The notes beneath the pieces were generated by a model. The model saw nothing but the letters and a program-made list of their open reading frames with translations, searched no databases and was not told the DNA's origin. DNA of 52,353 nucleotides, filler included, from a bacterium (GTDB lineage: Bacteria; UBA9089; CG2-30-40-21; SBAY01): NCBI GenBank assembly GCA_040757115.1. It is 3 parts of 3 records of this genome, joined end to end, with 100 filler letters (N's around TTAATTAATTAA, not from the genome) between each part and the next. Parts side by side here need not be neighbours in the genome. Positions count along the whole stretch, not along the records: positions 17,630 to 35,114 come from JBFLYA010000073.1; positions 35,215 to 52,353 come from JBFLYA010000074.1; 1 more part is not named here. One strand, written 5' to 3'. Made by a program: the position numbers and the translations under genes. This document shows, piece after piece, positions 30,024 through 41,300 of the stretch (position 1 is the first letter of the stretch; every line of letters starts with the position of its first letter).

Positions 30024-30548
30024 ATGGAATATTTTGAAATTGTTGATAAAAATGGAAATATTATTGGTAAAGCATCACGCCAGGAATGTCATAGTAATCC
30101 AGAGTTACTTCATCGGGTATCGCATATCCTTGTATTTAATTCAAAAAAGGAACTTTACCTTCAAAAACGCTCAATTCATAAAGATATTCAGCCAGGCAAA
30201 TGGGATACCTCAGTTGGCGGACATCTAAATCCTGGCGAGATTCACGAACATGCCGCTTATCGGGAATTAGCTGAAGAACTTGGGATTACAGGTGTAACTC
30301 TTATTTATCTCTATGATTACATCTGGCGTAGTGAGCGTGAAACTGAATTGGTGCGAACTTTTAAAGTTGTCTATGATGGTAAGATTGTATTTCAAAGAGA
30401 AGAAATTGAGGAAGGCAGATTTTTTAGCCTTGAAGAGATTCAATCTGCCATACAGAGTAATACCTTTACACCAAATTTTATTGAAGAATTTAATCGGTTC
30501 CAGAAGTGGGAAAAGTCAAATAATAGTAATTGTTCAGCCACTGATTAA
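30024..30548 (+). CDS. Nudix hydrolase (IDI/YfcD-like)
   Basis: WDTSVGGH..GE....AAYRELAEELG Nudix box. Confidence 0.9.
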   Translation: MEYFEIVDKNGNIIGKASRQECHSNPELLHRVSHILVFNSKKELYLQKRSIHKDIQPGKWDTSVGGHLNPGEIHEHAAYRELAEELGITGVTLIYLYDYIWRSERETELVRTFKVVYDGKIVFQREEIEEGRFFSLEEIQSAIQSNTFTPNFIEEFNRFQKWEKSNNSNCSATD

Positions 30549-30566
30549 CACGGATGAGCACAGATA

Positions 30567-30885
30567 TAGGGTTCTGCAAAATAGGATTTGGGGGGAGACA
30601 ACAAATAAATATCAAATATCAAATATTAAATATCAAAATGCAAAATTACAAATCAAATTTCAAATTGGTAATATCTTTGCTTCAAGTATTTTAACGCTGA
30701 AAGGAAAGAGATAATTTTACTGAACTGTGGCAGAGATAGTTTATAGTTTATAGTTGATAGTTGAAGGACTATAAACTATAAACTATAAACGAGTTTTGCA
30801 TTTTGCTCTTTGGAGGAAATTGATAAAAATAGAGGTCTTAAATACCCGTTTAAAAACTACAGTTTCCTGGTTTTGCAGAACTCTA
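30567..30885. mobile_element. type F MITE with a four-helix-bundle remnant
   Basis: TAGGGTTCTGCAAAA/TTTTGCAGAACTCTA ends; homologous to 8761-9256. Confidence 0.88.
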
Positions 30886-30900
30886 AATTATTGTAATGCA

Positions 30901-31356
30901 ATGAATAACAAAGGATTTACCTTAATAGAATCAATTATCGTTGTTATTATCATCAGTTTAATTTGTGCCTTAGTTTTGCCAAATAGCAGTAAGATATTGT
31001 CAAATATAAAGATTCGCTCAACTATCCGCCAGATAGGGGCAGTGCATAACTACGCCCGGCAACAAGCAGTCATCCGCGGCACAGACTACAAGGTAAATTA
31101 TAATCTTGCGGAAAAATCATGCTGGATAACGAAAAGAGAAGATGATACCTTTACACGGCTATCAGGTCGTGAAGGGAAAACCCTTTTCATCCCGCAAGAA
31201 ATACCTTTTGAAACAGAAATAGACTCTGTAACTTTCTTCCCTAAAGGGATATCAACTGGTAGTGTGATAACCATTGGAGATTTTCAGATAGTAGTAGATG
31301 AAGTTACAGCAACAGTAGAAGTAGTGAGGGGGGAGAAAGAAAACACCTCCAGATAA
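30901..31356 (+). CDS. prepilin-type (GspH/FimT-like) pseudopilin
   Basis: MNNKGFTLIE N-methylation motif; VTFFPKG near the C-terminus. The upstream ORF extension lies in a MITE. Confidence 0.88.
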   Translation: MNNKGFTLIESIIVVIIISLICALVLPNSSKILSNIKIRSTIRQIGAVHNYARQQAVIRGTDYKVNYNLAEKSCWITKREDDTFTRLSGREGKTLFIPQEIPFETEIDSVTFFPKGISTGSVITIGDFQIVVDEVTATVEVVRGEKENTSR

Positions 31357-31363
31357 ATTTCTC

Positions 31364-31392
31364 TTGACTTTTATCCCTCTTTAATCTATAAT
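31364..31392 (+). promoter_or_regulatory. sigma70 promoter for the LysR gene, likely leaderless
   Basis: TTGACT-17-TATAAT, 8 nt before ATG, no SD. Confidence 0.65.
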
Positions 31393-31400
31393 ATTTTAAA

Positions 31401-32303
31401 ATGTTAGACAGATTTTCTTTAAGGACATTTTATACTCTGGCTAATGAAAAAAACTTCTCGAATACCGCCAAACTTTTATATTTGACACAACCAGCCATAA
31501 CTCATCAAATTCGGTTATTAGAGGAATATTTAGAAACAAGATTATTTGACCGAATAAAGGGTGAAGTCAGTTTAACTCCAGCTGGCGGAATCCTTTTTAA
31601 ATATGCAGAGAAAATCTTGAGTTTATACCAAGAAGCAGAGAAAGAAATAGCTGATTTAACTGCAACAACACATGGTCGCCTGGTTATTGGAGCAAGCACA
31701 ACTATTGGACAGTATTTTATACCTGCAATTCTGGGTAAATTTAAAGACCTGCATCCGAAAATTGAAATCCTCCTGACCAATGCTAATACAAAAGAAATTA
31801 CCGCTCAATTACTTAATAACTTAATTGATTTAGGGATAGTTGAAGGACCTGTTTCGCATAAAGAGATTTTGGTTGAGAAATTTATTGAGGATGAATTAGT
31901 CGTGATTGCCTCGCCAAAGCATCGCTGGGAGGAAGGCAAAGAGATACCTCAAGAAGAATTTAAGAAAGAACCAATTATATTGCGGGAAAAAGGCTCCGGA
32001 ACAAGGGATGTCATAGAAAATATATTGAATAACTATGGCATAAAGTTATCTGATTTGAATATCAAGATGGAATTAGGGAGTTCTGAATCCATTAAAGCCG
32101 CTGTTGAGTCAGCCCTCGGAATAGGCCTTGTTTCACAATGGACAGTTCTAAAAGAAAAAAAACTATGTTCGCTCAAAATCCTTTATGTCGCAGGGATTAA
32201 ATTCAAAAGAGATATTACCGTTATTTTAAGACAGCATCAATTCAGAACAAAAGCGGTTGAGCAATTCTTAAGTTTTTTGAAGGAAGCCAAAATAAGTTAT
32301 TAA
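31401..32303 (+). CDS. LysR-family transcriptional regulator (CysL/YeiE-like)
   Basis: NFSNTAKLLYLTQPAITHQI HTH; REKGSGTR motif. Confidence 0.95.
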   Translation: MLDRFSLRTFYTLANEKNFSNTAKLLYLTQPAITHQIRLLEEYLETRLFDRIKGEVSLTPAGGILFKYAEKILSLYQEAEKEIADLTATTHGRLVIGASTTIGQYFIPAILGKFKDLHPKIEILLTNANTKEITAQLLNNLIDLGIVEGPVSHKEILVEKFIEDELVVIASPKHRWEEGKEIPQEEFKKEPIILREKGSGTRDVIENILNNYGIKLSDLNIKMELGSSESIKAAVESALGIGLVSQWTVLKEKKLCSLKILYVAGIKFKRDITVILRQHQFRTKAVEQFLSFLKEAKISY

Positions 32304-32322
32304 TAATTGTTACTTGAAATAT

Positions 32323-34029
32323 ATGAATGTGAAATTATACATTTTATTCCTCAATTTAATCTTTTTTAGTTCTGGTCTTGGGGCACAGGAAATTTCCTTT
32401 GAGGCATCGGTAGATAAAAATATCTTAGGGATTGATGAACAACTTACCTTATCGATAACTATCTCCGGTGGTAACTTAAGTGGTCTCCCGACACCTCAAC
32501 TGCCACCATTAAAAGACTTTGATATTGTTAATTCTTATCGGTCTCAAAGTATATCTATCGTTAATGTTCAGGTATCTACTTCTTTAGAAATCAAATATGT
32601 GCTTGTTCCAAAAGGTGTAGGTCACTTCACTCTCCCTACCATTACCTTGAATCATAAGGGGAAAACATATCAAACCACACCTATTGAGATTGAAGTCACT
32701 GGTCAAGGGAAAGCTACTCCTCCACCTTCTCAATCGCCTTCCTCAATAAAAAAATTAGAAAAGGTGCCGGGTAATTTATTTTTAGATGCCCGGGTCAATA
32801 AACAAACAGTTTTTGTTAATGAACAGGTAACCTTAAATATTAAATTTTACCAGCGAATTAATCTGTGGGAAAATTCTGGTTATACGCCTCCATCTTTTAC
32901 TGGCTTTTGGGTAGAAGACCTACCTGTGTCAAAACAACCAACAAAACAAAACATAGATGGTTTAACCTACTTAGTCCATGAGGTAGTCAATAAGGCATTA
33001 TTCCCAACCACAGAAGGCGAATATACCATTGGTGAGACAAGTATGTCCTGCGTTGTAAGTCCATTTCAGGAACCTATCCTTTTGAAAACAAATCTAATCA
33101 AAATAAAGGTTTTGCCACTTCCTCAAAATAAACCTAAAAATTTCTCAGGCGCTATTGGAAATTTCTCGATTTCGAGTGAAGTAGATAAAAAAATAGTTGA
33201 AGAAAATCAGCCGATTAACCTTAAGGTAAAAATAAAAGGAGAGGGAAATATCAAAACCATTCCCCAGCCTTCTTTACCCAGATTGGTAGATTTTAAGGTG
33301 TATTCCTCCGGGGAGGTATCTTCTGTGTCTAATTCAGAGTTTAAAATTTGCGGGGAGAAAGAATATAAGTATATTTTAATCCCCACTTCCCCTGGCAAAC
33401 ATATCCTCGAACCGATAATTTCATCATATTTTAATCCAGAGACAAAAAGGTATGAAATGAATAAAACCCCGCGAATTACCATTACCGCTAAGCCCACTTC
33501 ATCTTTTGAAAAGAAGATGGCACAAAAACAAGAGGTGCGAATACTTAAAAAGGATATTCGGTATATCAAAGAACCATTAAATTTAACCAATCAAAGTAGT
33601 TATTTATATCAAAACAAACTATTTTTATTACTCCAGGTTTTGCCTGTATTGAGTATCGTGGTAACTATTTTTTATAAACGGCATTTAATCAGAGCATATC
33701 AAAGATATTCAAGATTAAAAAGGATAAAGAAAAAGGCATTAAAAGGTTTATCGCGGGCAAAAGGACAACTCGGTGAAAAAACTAAAGATGAATTTTATGG
33801 CACCATCTCAAAAACAATCCTTGAATATCTTGGTGATAAACTCAATCTTTTACCAAATGAGATAACGATTGAAGTCCTTGAAACAAAAGAACTAAACGAA
33901 GAAATCCTTAATGAAGTCCAAAATATTCTCAAGTCCTGTGATTATGCCCGATATGCACCTTCTACCTATACATTGGAAAATATGGAGGAGATTTTAATTA
34001 AGGCTAAGGAGTGCATTGCAAAAATATGA
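32323..34029 (+). CDS. batD: BatD-family protein
   Basis: Signal peptide, repeated Ig-like units, FSGAIG.F motif, C-terminal TM and CDYARYAP. Confidence 0.85.
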   Translation: MNVKLYILFLNLIFFSSGLGAQEISFEASVDKNILGIDEQLTLSITISGGNLSGLPTPQLPPLKDFDIVNSYRSQSISIVNVQVSTSLEIKYVLVPKGVGHFTLPTITLNHKGKTYQTTPIEIEVTGQGKATPPPSQSPSSIKKLEKVPGNLFLDARVNKQTVFVNEQVTLNIKFYQRINLWENSGYTPPSFTGFWVEDLPVSKQPTKQNIDGLTYLVHEVVNKALFPTTEGEYTIGETSMSCVVSPFQEPILLKTNLIKIKVLPLPQNKPKNFSGAIGNFSISSEVDKKIVEENQPINLKVKIKGEGNIKTIPQPSLPRLVDFKVYSSGEVSSVSNSEFKICGEKEYKYILIPTSPGKHILEPIISSYFNPETKRYEMNKTPRITITAKPTSSFEKKMAQKQEVRILKKDIRYIKEPLNLTNQSSYLYQNKLFLLLQVLPVLSIVVTIFYKRHLIRAYQRYSRLKRIKKKALKGLSRAKGQLGEKTKDEFYGTISKTILEYLGDKLNLLPNEITIEVLETKELNEEILNEVQNILKSCDYARYAPSTYTLENMEEILIKAKECIAKI

Positions 34030-34772
34030 TGAAACAAATTTTATTAGCATTAATAATTAATGGCGTAGGGATAGCTTATGGTGAGAATACCAAATTTCAT
34101 CAGGCTAATCAATACTACAAAGAAGGAAAATATGAACAGGCTATTTCCCTTTACCAGCAAATTATTGATTCAGGGATTAAAAATGGGGTGATTTTTTATA
34201 ATCTGGGCAATGCTTACCTGAAAAATGGTCAGTTGGGTAAAAGCATACTTTCTTATGAACGGGCAAAAAGATTCCTGCCGCGAGATGAAGATATAAATTC
34301 AAATCTTGCTTATGCTAATCTATTGACAATTGATAAAATATCCAAAAAGCGTCATTGGCTAAAAGCAGGGATTATAAAAGCACATCAGTTATTAAATATT
34401 AATGAGCAAACTTTGGTCATTTTCATTATCTATTTAATCATAACTCTCCTGATTATTCTCTATATCTTCATTAATAAAAGGTTATTTATTATCACGGGAA
34501 TAATTCTCGTCAGTGTTTTTTTAATCTTATTAATTTCATTATCTCTCAAAATTCACTCTACTTTGCAACAAAAGGAAGTAATTATGATTGTTCCCAGGGT
34601 AGAGGTAAAAAGTGGTGCAGAGGATAAGATTGAGACTATCTTTTTTATTCACGAAGGAACGAAGGTAAAGATAAACGAGGTCCGAGATAATTGGTATTGC
34701 ATTGAATTGTTAGATGGTAAGATAGGTTGGATTAAGAACGACACGGTAGAGCGCATATATAGCACTTATTAA
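34026..34772 (+). CDS. batE: BatE-like TPR + SH3 protein
   Basis: TPR YNLGNAY..YERA, two TM segments, IHEGTKV..DGKIGWI SH3 domain. Confidence 0.85.
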   Translation: MMKQILLALIINGVGIAYGENTKFHQANQYYKEGKYEQAISLYQQIIDSGIKNGVIFYNLGNAYLKNGQLGKSILSYERAKRFLPRDEDINSNLAYANLLTIDKISKKRHWLKAGIIKAHQLLNINEQTLVIFIIYLIITLLIILYIFINKRLFIITGIILVSVFLILLISLSLKIHSTLQQKEVIMIVPRVEVKSGAEDKIETIFFIHEGTKVKINEVRDNWYCIELLDGKIGWIKNDTVERIYSTY

Positions 34773-34796
34773 TCGAAATTTGACCCAGATATGGCT

Positions 34797-34905
34797 ATGA
34801 AATTCCAAATCACAAATTCCAAATTCCATTTAGTGAATTAGTGAATTAAGCGAATTAGCGAATTAGTAAAATCTAATCTCTAATTCACTAATCTCTAATT
34901 CGCTT
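34797..34905. repeat. inverted arms of 7-8-nt tandem repeats
   Basis: AAATTCC-type repeats x4; TTAG(T/C)GAA array facing a CTAAT(T/C)C array. Confidence 0.7.
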
Positions 34906-34922
34906 TTTGGTATGTGGAATTT

Positions 34923-35349
34923 GTAAGCGTTCAGGTGGTGTAACAAAAGGAGATATGGAGATTAAGGGGATAAGGGGATATTATTTAAAAAAATTGAAAT
35001 TAGTAGAAACTGATAGAAATTTATGGAAATTTGTTGTTTTCCACAATCAATTTCTACCTATTTCTATAAATTTCAATCTATTTCTATTATCTTATCTCCA
35101 TATCACTCTTATCTNNNNNNNNNNNNNNNNNNNNNNNNNNNNNNNNNNNNNNNNNNNNTTAATTAATTAANNNNNNNNNNNNNNNNNNNNNNNNNNNNNN
35201 NNNNNNNNNNNNNNGAAATTTGTTGTTTTCCACAATCAATTTCTACCTATTTCTATAAATTTCAATCTATTTCTATTATCTTATCTCCATATCACCCTTA
35301 TCTCCTTATCCCCTTTCTTACACTTTTGATATATAGCCTGAACGGTTAC
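34923..35349. mobile_element. GTAAC-family MITE type H (spans an assembly gap)
   Basis: GTAAGCGTTCAG..CTGAACGGTTAC ends; GGAGATAAG arms; left end repeated at 17340. Confidence 0.7.
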
Positions 35350-35387
35350 TAATCCGTGTCCATCAGTGGCTGAATAATTACCTATAA

Positions 35388-38300
35388 CTAAAACTTAAAG
35401 TCCACCCTGAATCGTCCCTCGTAACCGTAGAAATTTTTATCCTTTTCTAATTTATTTTGAGTATAACCTATCTTCCCACCTAATGTGCCAGTAACATTCT
35501 TTTGTAATTCATAAGTTCCACTCATATCAACTGAATATTCATTTGTATGGACGGTGAGTCTATTGTTTTCTTTTTTCTTTTCTAACTTAATTTTTAGAGT
35601 GGTATCGGTTGTAAGTCTTTTCTTCAGACTAAGTTTACGGCCAAATGGGAGTTTAACTGGTTGTGGTCTTGTAATATCATGCTTTATTAGAAAACTGGGT
35701 GTAATATTAAATAGCGAGTCGTTAAGCCCCCCTTGTTTTTTGGTTTTAGAGTTTTGATGGTCTAATTTAAACTCTGTATCTAATCCTTGTTTCCATTTTC
35801 GTTTCCAGATTAGAGATGGTTGAAGTTGAGTTTTAATCGTTGTTTCATTGGATTGTGTTTTACTCCAGGTATATTTATTGGTAAAATATGTTCTATCTGA
35901 GGAAGATGTGCCTAACAATTTGTTATATTTTGGGAATGCCGTCAATAAATTAATTCCCATATCTAACTCATAGGAATCGGTTAATGACCAGGTTAAGGAA
36001 CTCTGGTTTTGACCTTTTTCATCCGTTTTAGTATAATTCAAAGATGTTTTTTCCAGAGGTTTCCATGGCGTATACCAATTACTTCTTAACTCATATCCCC
36101 GTTTATTGCTGGCTGACCTTCGCTCACCGCCAAATGACGGATATTGACCTGTTTTTGGCCCCTCTCCTTTTAATAACTGACCTTTATAATAATCATTATA
36201 AATATTTTTTATGCAGTCCAACAAACCTAATTCGGCTAAAAGATTATTATAATTAGCCGAGACATCAAGGGTAAATTTAGGGGTAAAGGTAAAAATCTTA
36301 TATCTTGGCCAACCTTTTAATTTCGGAAACCACTCAAAAGGATTCAGTTCTTTTTCCGAAGTCAGTCCAAAATGAGCGCTGGTATTAATATCCTTTCTCC
36401 GATTGGTAGATGTTCCTGCATAAGATTCCTGGTATATCATCCCGCTGTCAACTCGAGGATTGATAAAGGGAATACCACTATAAACTATTCGGTCAAACTT
36501 TTGTTCAAGTTTCCTTGAACTAAGGTAATATTTTGTATCATCCTGAGCCAAATTTTGTGTTTTTTTCAAGGTTTGAGTAAAATTAGACATAGATTTACCT
36601 GTTAATGTTTTTATTGGCGTCCATTCTAAATCCACTCGTTCATCCTGGGCTCTAGTTAGTATCCGTTCATTTTTTGTTGTTTCTACCTGATATTCCTTTT
36701 TTGACCAATCTTCGTTATGTTTATAAGTTGAGGTAAGACCAAGTTTTTCACCCGTTGGTATCCACCTGAATATCTTCTTTGGAAATGTGTAATTATAGAC
36801 ATAAGTCGTATCGCCGTGTAGATTTTCATAAGTTTCATCCTCTTTTTTACTTCGGCGGTCGGTATTGATTATCTTACGGTCGCCCCAGGCGTTAAGAGTA
36901 ATATCCGGAAACTTTGGTATTTTTTTAGCGAGTTCCTTAATCTTAAAATTTGTTGATAATTTTTGGTATTTTGCCGTAGTTTGCCCACAATTGTTATTAA
37001 GCATATTTTGACCAACAAGTGGGTCAAGTTTGCTGATGTCATGAAACCATTCATATTTAAGCGGTAAAAATTTTATTCTGGTGAAATTTAAAGTTAAATC
37101 TTGTCTTGTCGTATCATCATTTTGAGGTGCTCGACCAATACATTCAAATTCACCATCTATGACCTTTTCACTCCAATCAAGGCTAAGATAATCTTTAAAT
37201 TTAGTATTAATTGCAACTTTTCTTGCCATACCATTTGATTCTTTCGCCTCAGATAAATGAATTTCATTAACATAAATTTCGCCGCTAATTGATTGGGTGG
37301 TGGATGTATTTTCAACCCCCACGCTGAGCCATTTGACATCATCAAAGGTAGGGTTATTTTTAGCCTCATAGCCATAGGGTAGTTCGGTATAATTATAAGG
37401 TGGTGTGTTTGAACCTTTTCTTTTTTCTTCCTCAATCACACTAATTAGTTTATTTTTAAAATCATCCAGATTAATACTTATCAATCGCCACCCTGTGAAG
37501 TCAACCGGAAGTGTGTATCCAAAGTAATTATTTTCATTTAACCCAAATCTTATGAAGAATTTTTCAGATTGACTATCGCCATAGAGCCAGAATTTAAGAT
37601 ATTTATAATCATTATAACCTTGTTGAGTCTGAAATGTGCAGTAGGAATAACCTTTTGTTATAGTAGTAGGAGTTTGAGACCCAGCGGTTGTTGGTTCTAA
37701 GTCATATTTTAATACCAGCGCCTCTTCTCTTTTCATATCTTCATCCGGGTATAGTTCTTTATACTCAGCGAAAGTTCTAATGGAGCTATAAACATCATCT
37801 TCTGCATTCTTTGAGCTAACCGTAAATGTGCCTTTTCCATAAGGAGTAACCGTGCCCATACTCCATCTGCCGCTACCAATAAGTCCAAGACCACCAACAC
37901 AGATTTCACCTTCCGTAGCAGTCTCTGTGCCTTTAAATCGTAATCGGATATGTTTAATAGCACTCAAGCGTGGTGTTCCGGTGCCTATTTGTGCCTTTGA
38001 TAATGGAATAGACCATAACTGCCAATCTCCTATTTGATATTTAATACTAACCGTTCCCCCAAACTCTTTAAAATTCAAGACAAAATAGTTCTCGTTGACA
38101 CTTAAGATACCATCTCCGTTTAAATCTTCTGTATCAAGTTGATTATTATCGGCGCCTATTTGAGTAGTTATACCATCAAGATATTGAAATTGCCAGCCCG
38201 TATCTTCATTCTGATTAAGCACATAATCATTATTTACATCTTCTTTTTTCGGCAACCTTCCTTCTCCTCCTATACCATCGGCGTTTTCTGAAACCTCACC

Positions 38301-41300
38301 TAAATCAATATACAATTCATCTATCTTATTCAGGTCACTGTTTCTAAGCCAGATTTCTAAATGTGTATAATCAGTAAAATCAATGGGCGTATTAGATAGC
38401 GGGGAAACAATAGAAATCCAGGAATCTGTTCCAAAATCCGTATAATGAAGTCGCAGGACATTTTCTTCTACCGTATCATCATCTTCCCATTTGACATTCT
38501 CTTCATAATCATAAGGACCTGATATTTCGCTTATTGGTCGATAAGCAGGTGCGGTCATAAGATTTCCATAGCTATCTTTGCAATATAATAATTTAGCCCT
38601 TTTATTTGTTTGCGGCAGACTACCGAGTTGCCAGGCGTTTTCATCCATAGAAATTGTCCTTGCATCCTCCACGCCTTCCATAGAATCTATAATTGCCGAG
38701 CCAAAGGTATTTTTATCCTTGAAGGATTTAGCCACTTCCCCACCAATGGTTATATCAAGGGGTAATTTATTATCCATCTTAAACAGATTTTTCAACAGAG
38801 GGAGAACTTTAATCGAGGCATTGACATCTACTACCTGTAAATTTCCAAGTGTTGGGTCAGAAACCTTAGGTATTTTTTTCAACTTTTGTGCACCTTCATA
38901 AAGATAAGTAGAACCTATGGAAAAGTTGTCATTTAGTTTAAACTCACCACGCAAACCGGCTATTGTTTTCTGGTATTTTGTCCCGATAAAAGGTGTGTAT
39001 TCATAATCTATTTTAATCGTTGTATTTTCAGTGATATTTATATGCGGCATAAATGTTAAAAAACCGGTATCATAGTCAATAAAATAATCTGTATTAGGCG
39101 TTAATAATTTCCCATCAACATAAATCTGTTCACTGCCTTCAACAATGTTCAAATAACCTAACATATAAGTCTTTATTTTAGTAGTATAACTTCCTATAAT
39201 CGTATATTTATGCTGTTTGGAATAATCATCATTTGGATTATATGAAACAGATAGGAGTTCAAGATAATCTTTCAACTCGTTAATATGGGCATTTAAGAAA
39301 GGATTCGTTTCTGTGCCTCTCAGGTCAAAACAGGTCATATCTGGAAATTCTATAATTCCGGTCTCATGGTCGATATAATCCTGATTAATTGTCGGGTTAT
39401 CATCAATCTTACCATCACCATTATTATCCAATCCAAAGATTTGTAAATAATAGTATTCGCCTGTATCTTTGGTATTATTATTATTTTTATCAAAAAAATT
39501 CTTACTGGCGTTATCTATAATCTCTAATTTAAGGTCTGTATCTGTTGGGATACCTTTTTCACCTATGGTGTAGCGGTTTTTCATTTCAAAAATATCATCT
39601 TCTACATAAGCTACGCCTGGTTCAATCATAAGTATAGTGCCCGGGTTATTTATATCTCCAGAGTATTGTTGTGGAAAATATTTACCGGTGTTATCTCTAA
39701 AAACTACACCCACGATGTAATCTCGACCAACATTTTGTTTAAAGGTAATGATGCTATCCCCATTATTATAGGTATAATCCTCCCCGTTGTATTGGATATC
39801 AAAACGGCCGGTATAAGTTTTACTTCCAATTATCGCCGTTGCCTGACCAATATGTTTAGGTGGGTTATTATTATTACCATTTTTATCATCAATATATACT
39901 GCCTCTAAAGTAATGGGAGTAGCAATCGTCCCCAGTTCCTGCGAGAATAAATAGTAATATTTTTGGGCAAGATAACTTGTATCCGCTCGATTGATATTTA
40001 CTATTCTTCTATCTCCTTTGAATTCTTTGGTTACTCTAATTCCTTTAGTTCTACTGGCAATACCCCAGAGGTTAGTTTTCTTACCTAATTTTGCCTCAGC
40101 ACTCACACCAAATACCTGCTGATTATAGTTTACAAATTCAGTGTTAGGGGCACTGAATTTAACATCACCAAATTCTACCTTTTGAACAACCTCTTTATTA
40201 TCACCTTGATAATTTATATAGAATTTTTGTTTTTTATTCTGGTCAATATCACTATAGTCAACTTTAATATTGATTTTATTTTTTATAGTGCCTTGAAGTA
40301 AGACCGTTAGCTCCTGGTGGATATTAATTCCCGAGGTAAATCCACCGCCAGGCTTTTCCTTATTTTTACGCCGTTTAGAATCAAGAAATTCAGAATTTCC
40401 TGCTTTTATATCAATTACCTTTGTCCCGTCAATCTGTAATTTTGAATCTATGGGTAATTCGCGGTCAAGGAAAGCATTCAAATCAAACTCTTTCTGTCCT
40501 GCTAATTCTTCTTCTCTCTTTTTTCTTCTTTCCTCTTTTCTTTTTTCCTTTTCAGATTTTTTAGCCAGTTTTTCTGGCTTTTTTTCTTTTTCAGCCGGTT
40601 CTTTAGTCACTTTTTCTGGTTCTTTTTTCTCTAATTCAGATTTTTTCTTTTCTTCAATCGCCTTTCTTTGAGCCTCTTCCTTTTCCCCCTTTTCTCTTTC
40701 AGCCTTTTCTTTAGCCAATTTTTCTGCTTCTTTTTGTGCTAATTCGAGTTTTTCCTTTTCTTCAATAATTTCCCTTTTTAGTTTTGCTTCCTCTTCTACT
40801 TTTTTAGCGGCTAATTCTTTAATCCTTTTTTCTTCTTGTTGTTTTGCCTTTTTCCGAGCAAGTTCCTGTTCAATATCTTCTTCTATTAATTGTAATTTTT
40901 CTTCAAATTTTTGTTTTTCTTCCCGGGCTATTTTTATCTCTAATTCTTTCATTTTTTGTTCTTCTTCTTCAATAAGTTTTTGTTTCTCCTCGAGGATTTT
41001 TTCCCTTCTTTGTGCCAACTCCTTTCTTTCTATTCGGGCTATTTTTTCTGCGGCTCTTTTAATCTTGTTGTAGTGATCTCTATCAAATTTTAGTTTAATT
41101 TGATATGGTATAATTACCTCAAACTCTACCTCAGGTTCAAGTTCTCCTATCTTTTCTTCTATTTTAGAGATAGGTTTAAGTAAGCTAATCTCTCCCTGGG
41201 CTAATGATTGATATGGGGAGGTAAATGCTTGTTTTCTGGTGGTAGTTTCAACTTTTGAGGCAGTGGATTTTTTAGCAGAAGGGGTAAGCAATTCTTTGTC

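Noticed and set aside
10681-35170. Short ORFs in repeat regions (10681-10905, 17088-17360, 21826-22086, 23397-23672, 30313-30714, 34907-35170, and the N-terminal parts of 15548, 17838 and 30796)
   Set aside because: Low-complexity translations of MITE or tandem-repeat DNA; only the embedded fragments listed as pseudogenes have recognisable homology.
35027-35303. ~88-bp direct repeat on both sides of the second gap
   Set aside because: Most likely overlapping contig ends rather than a real duplication.
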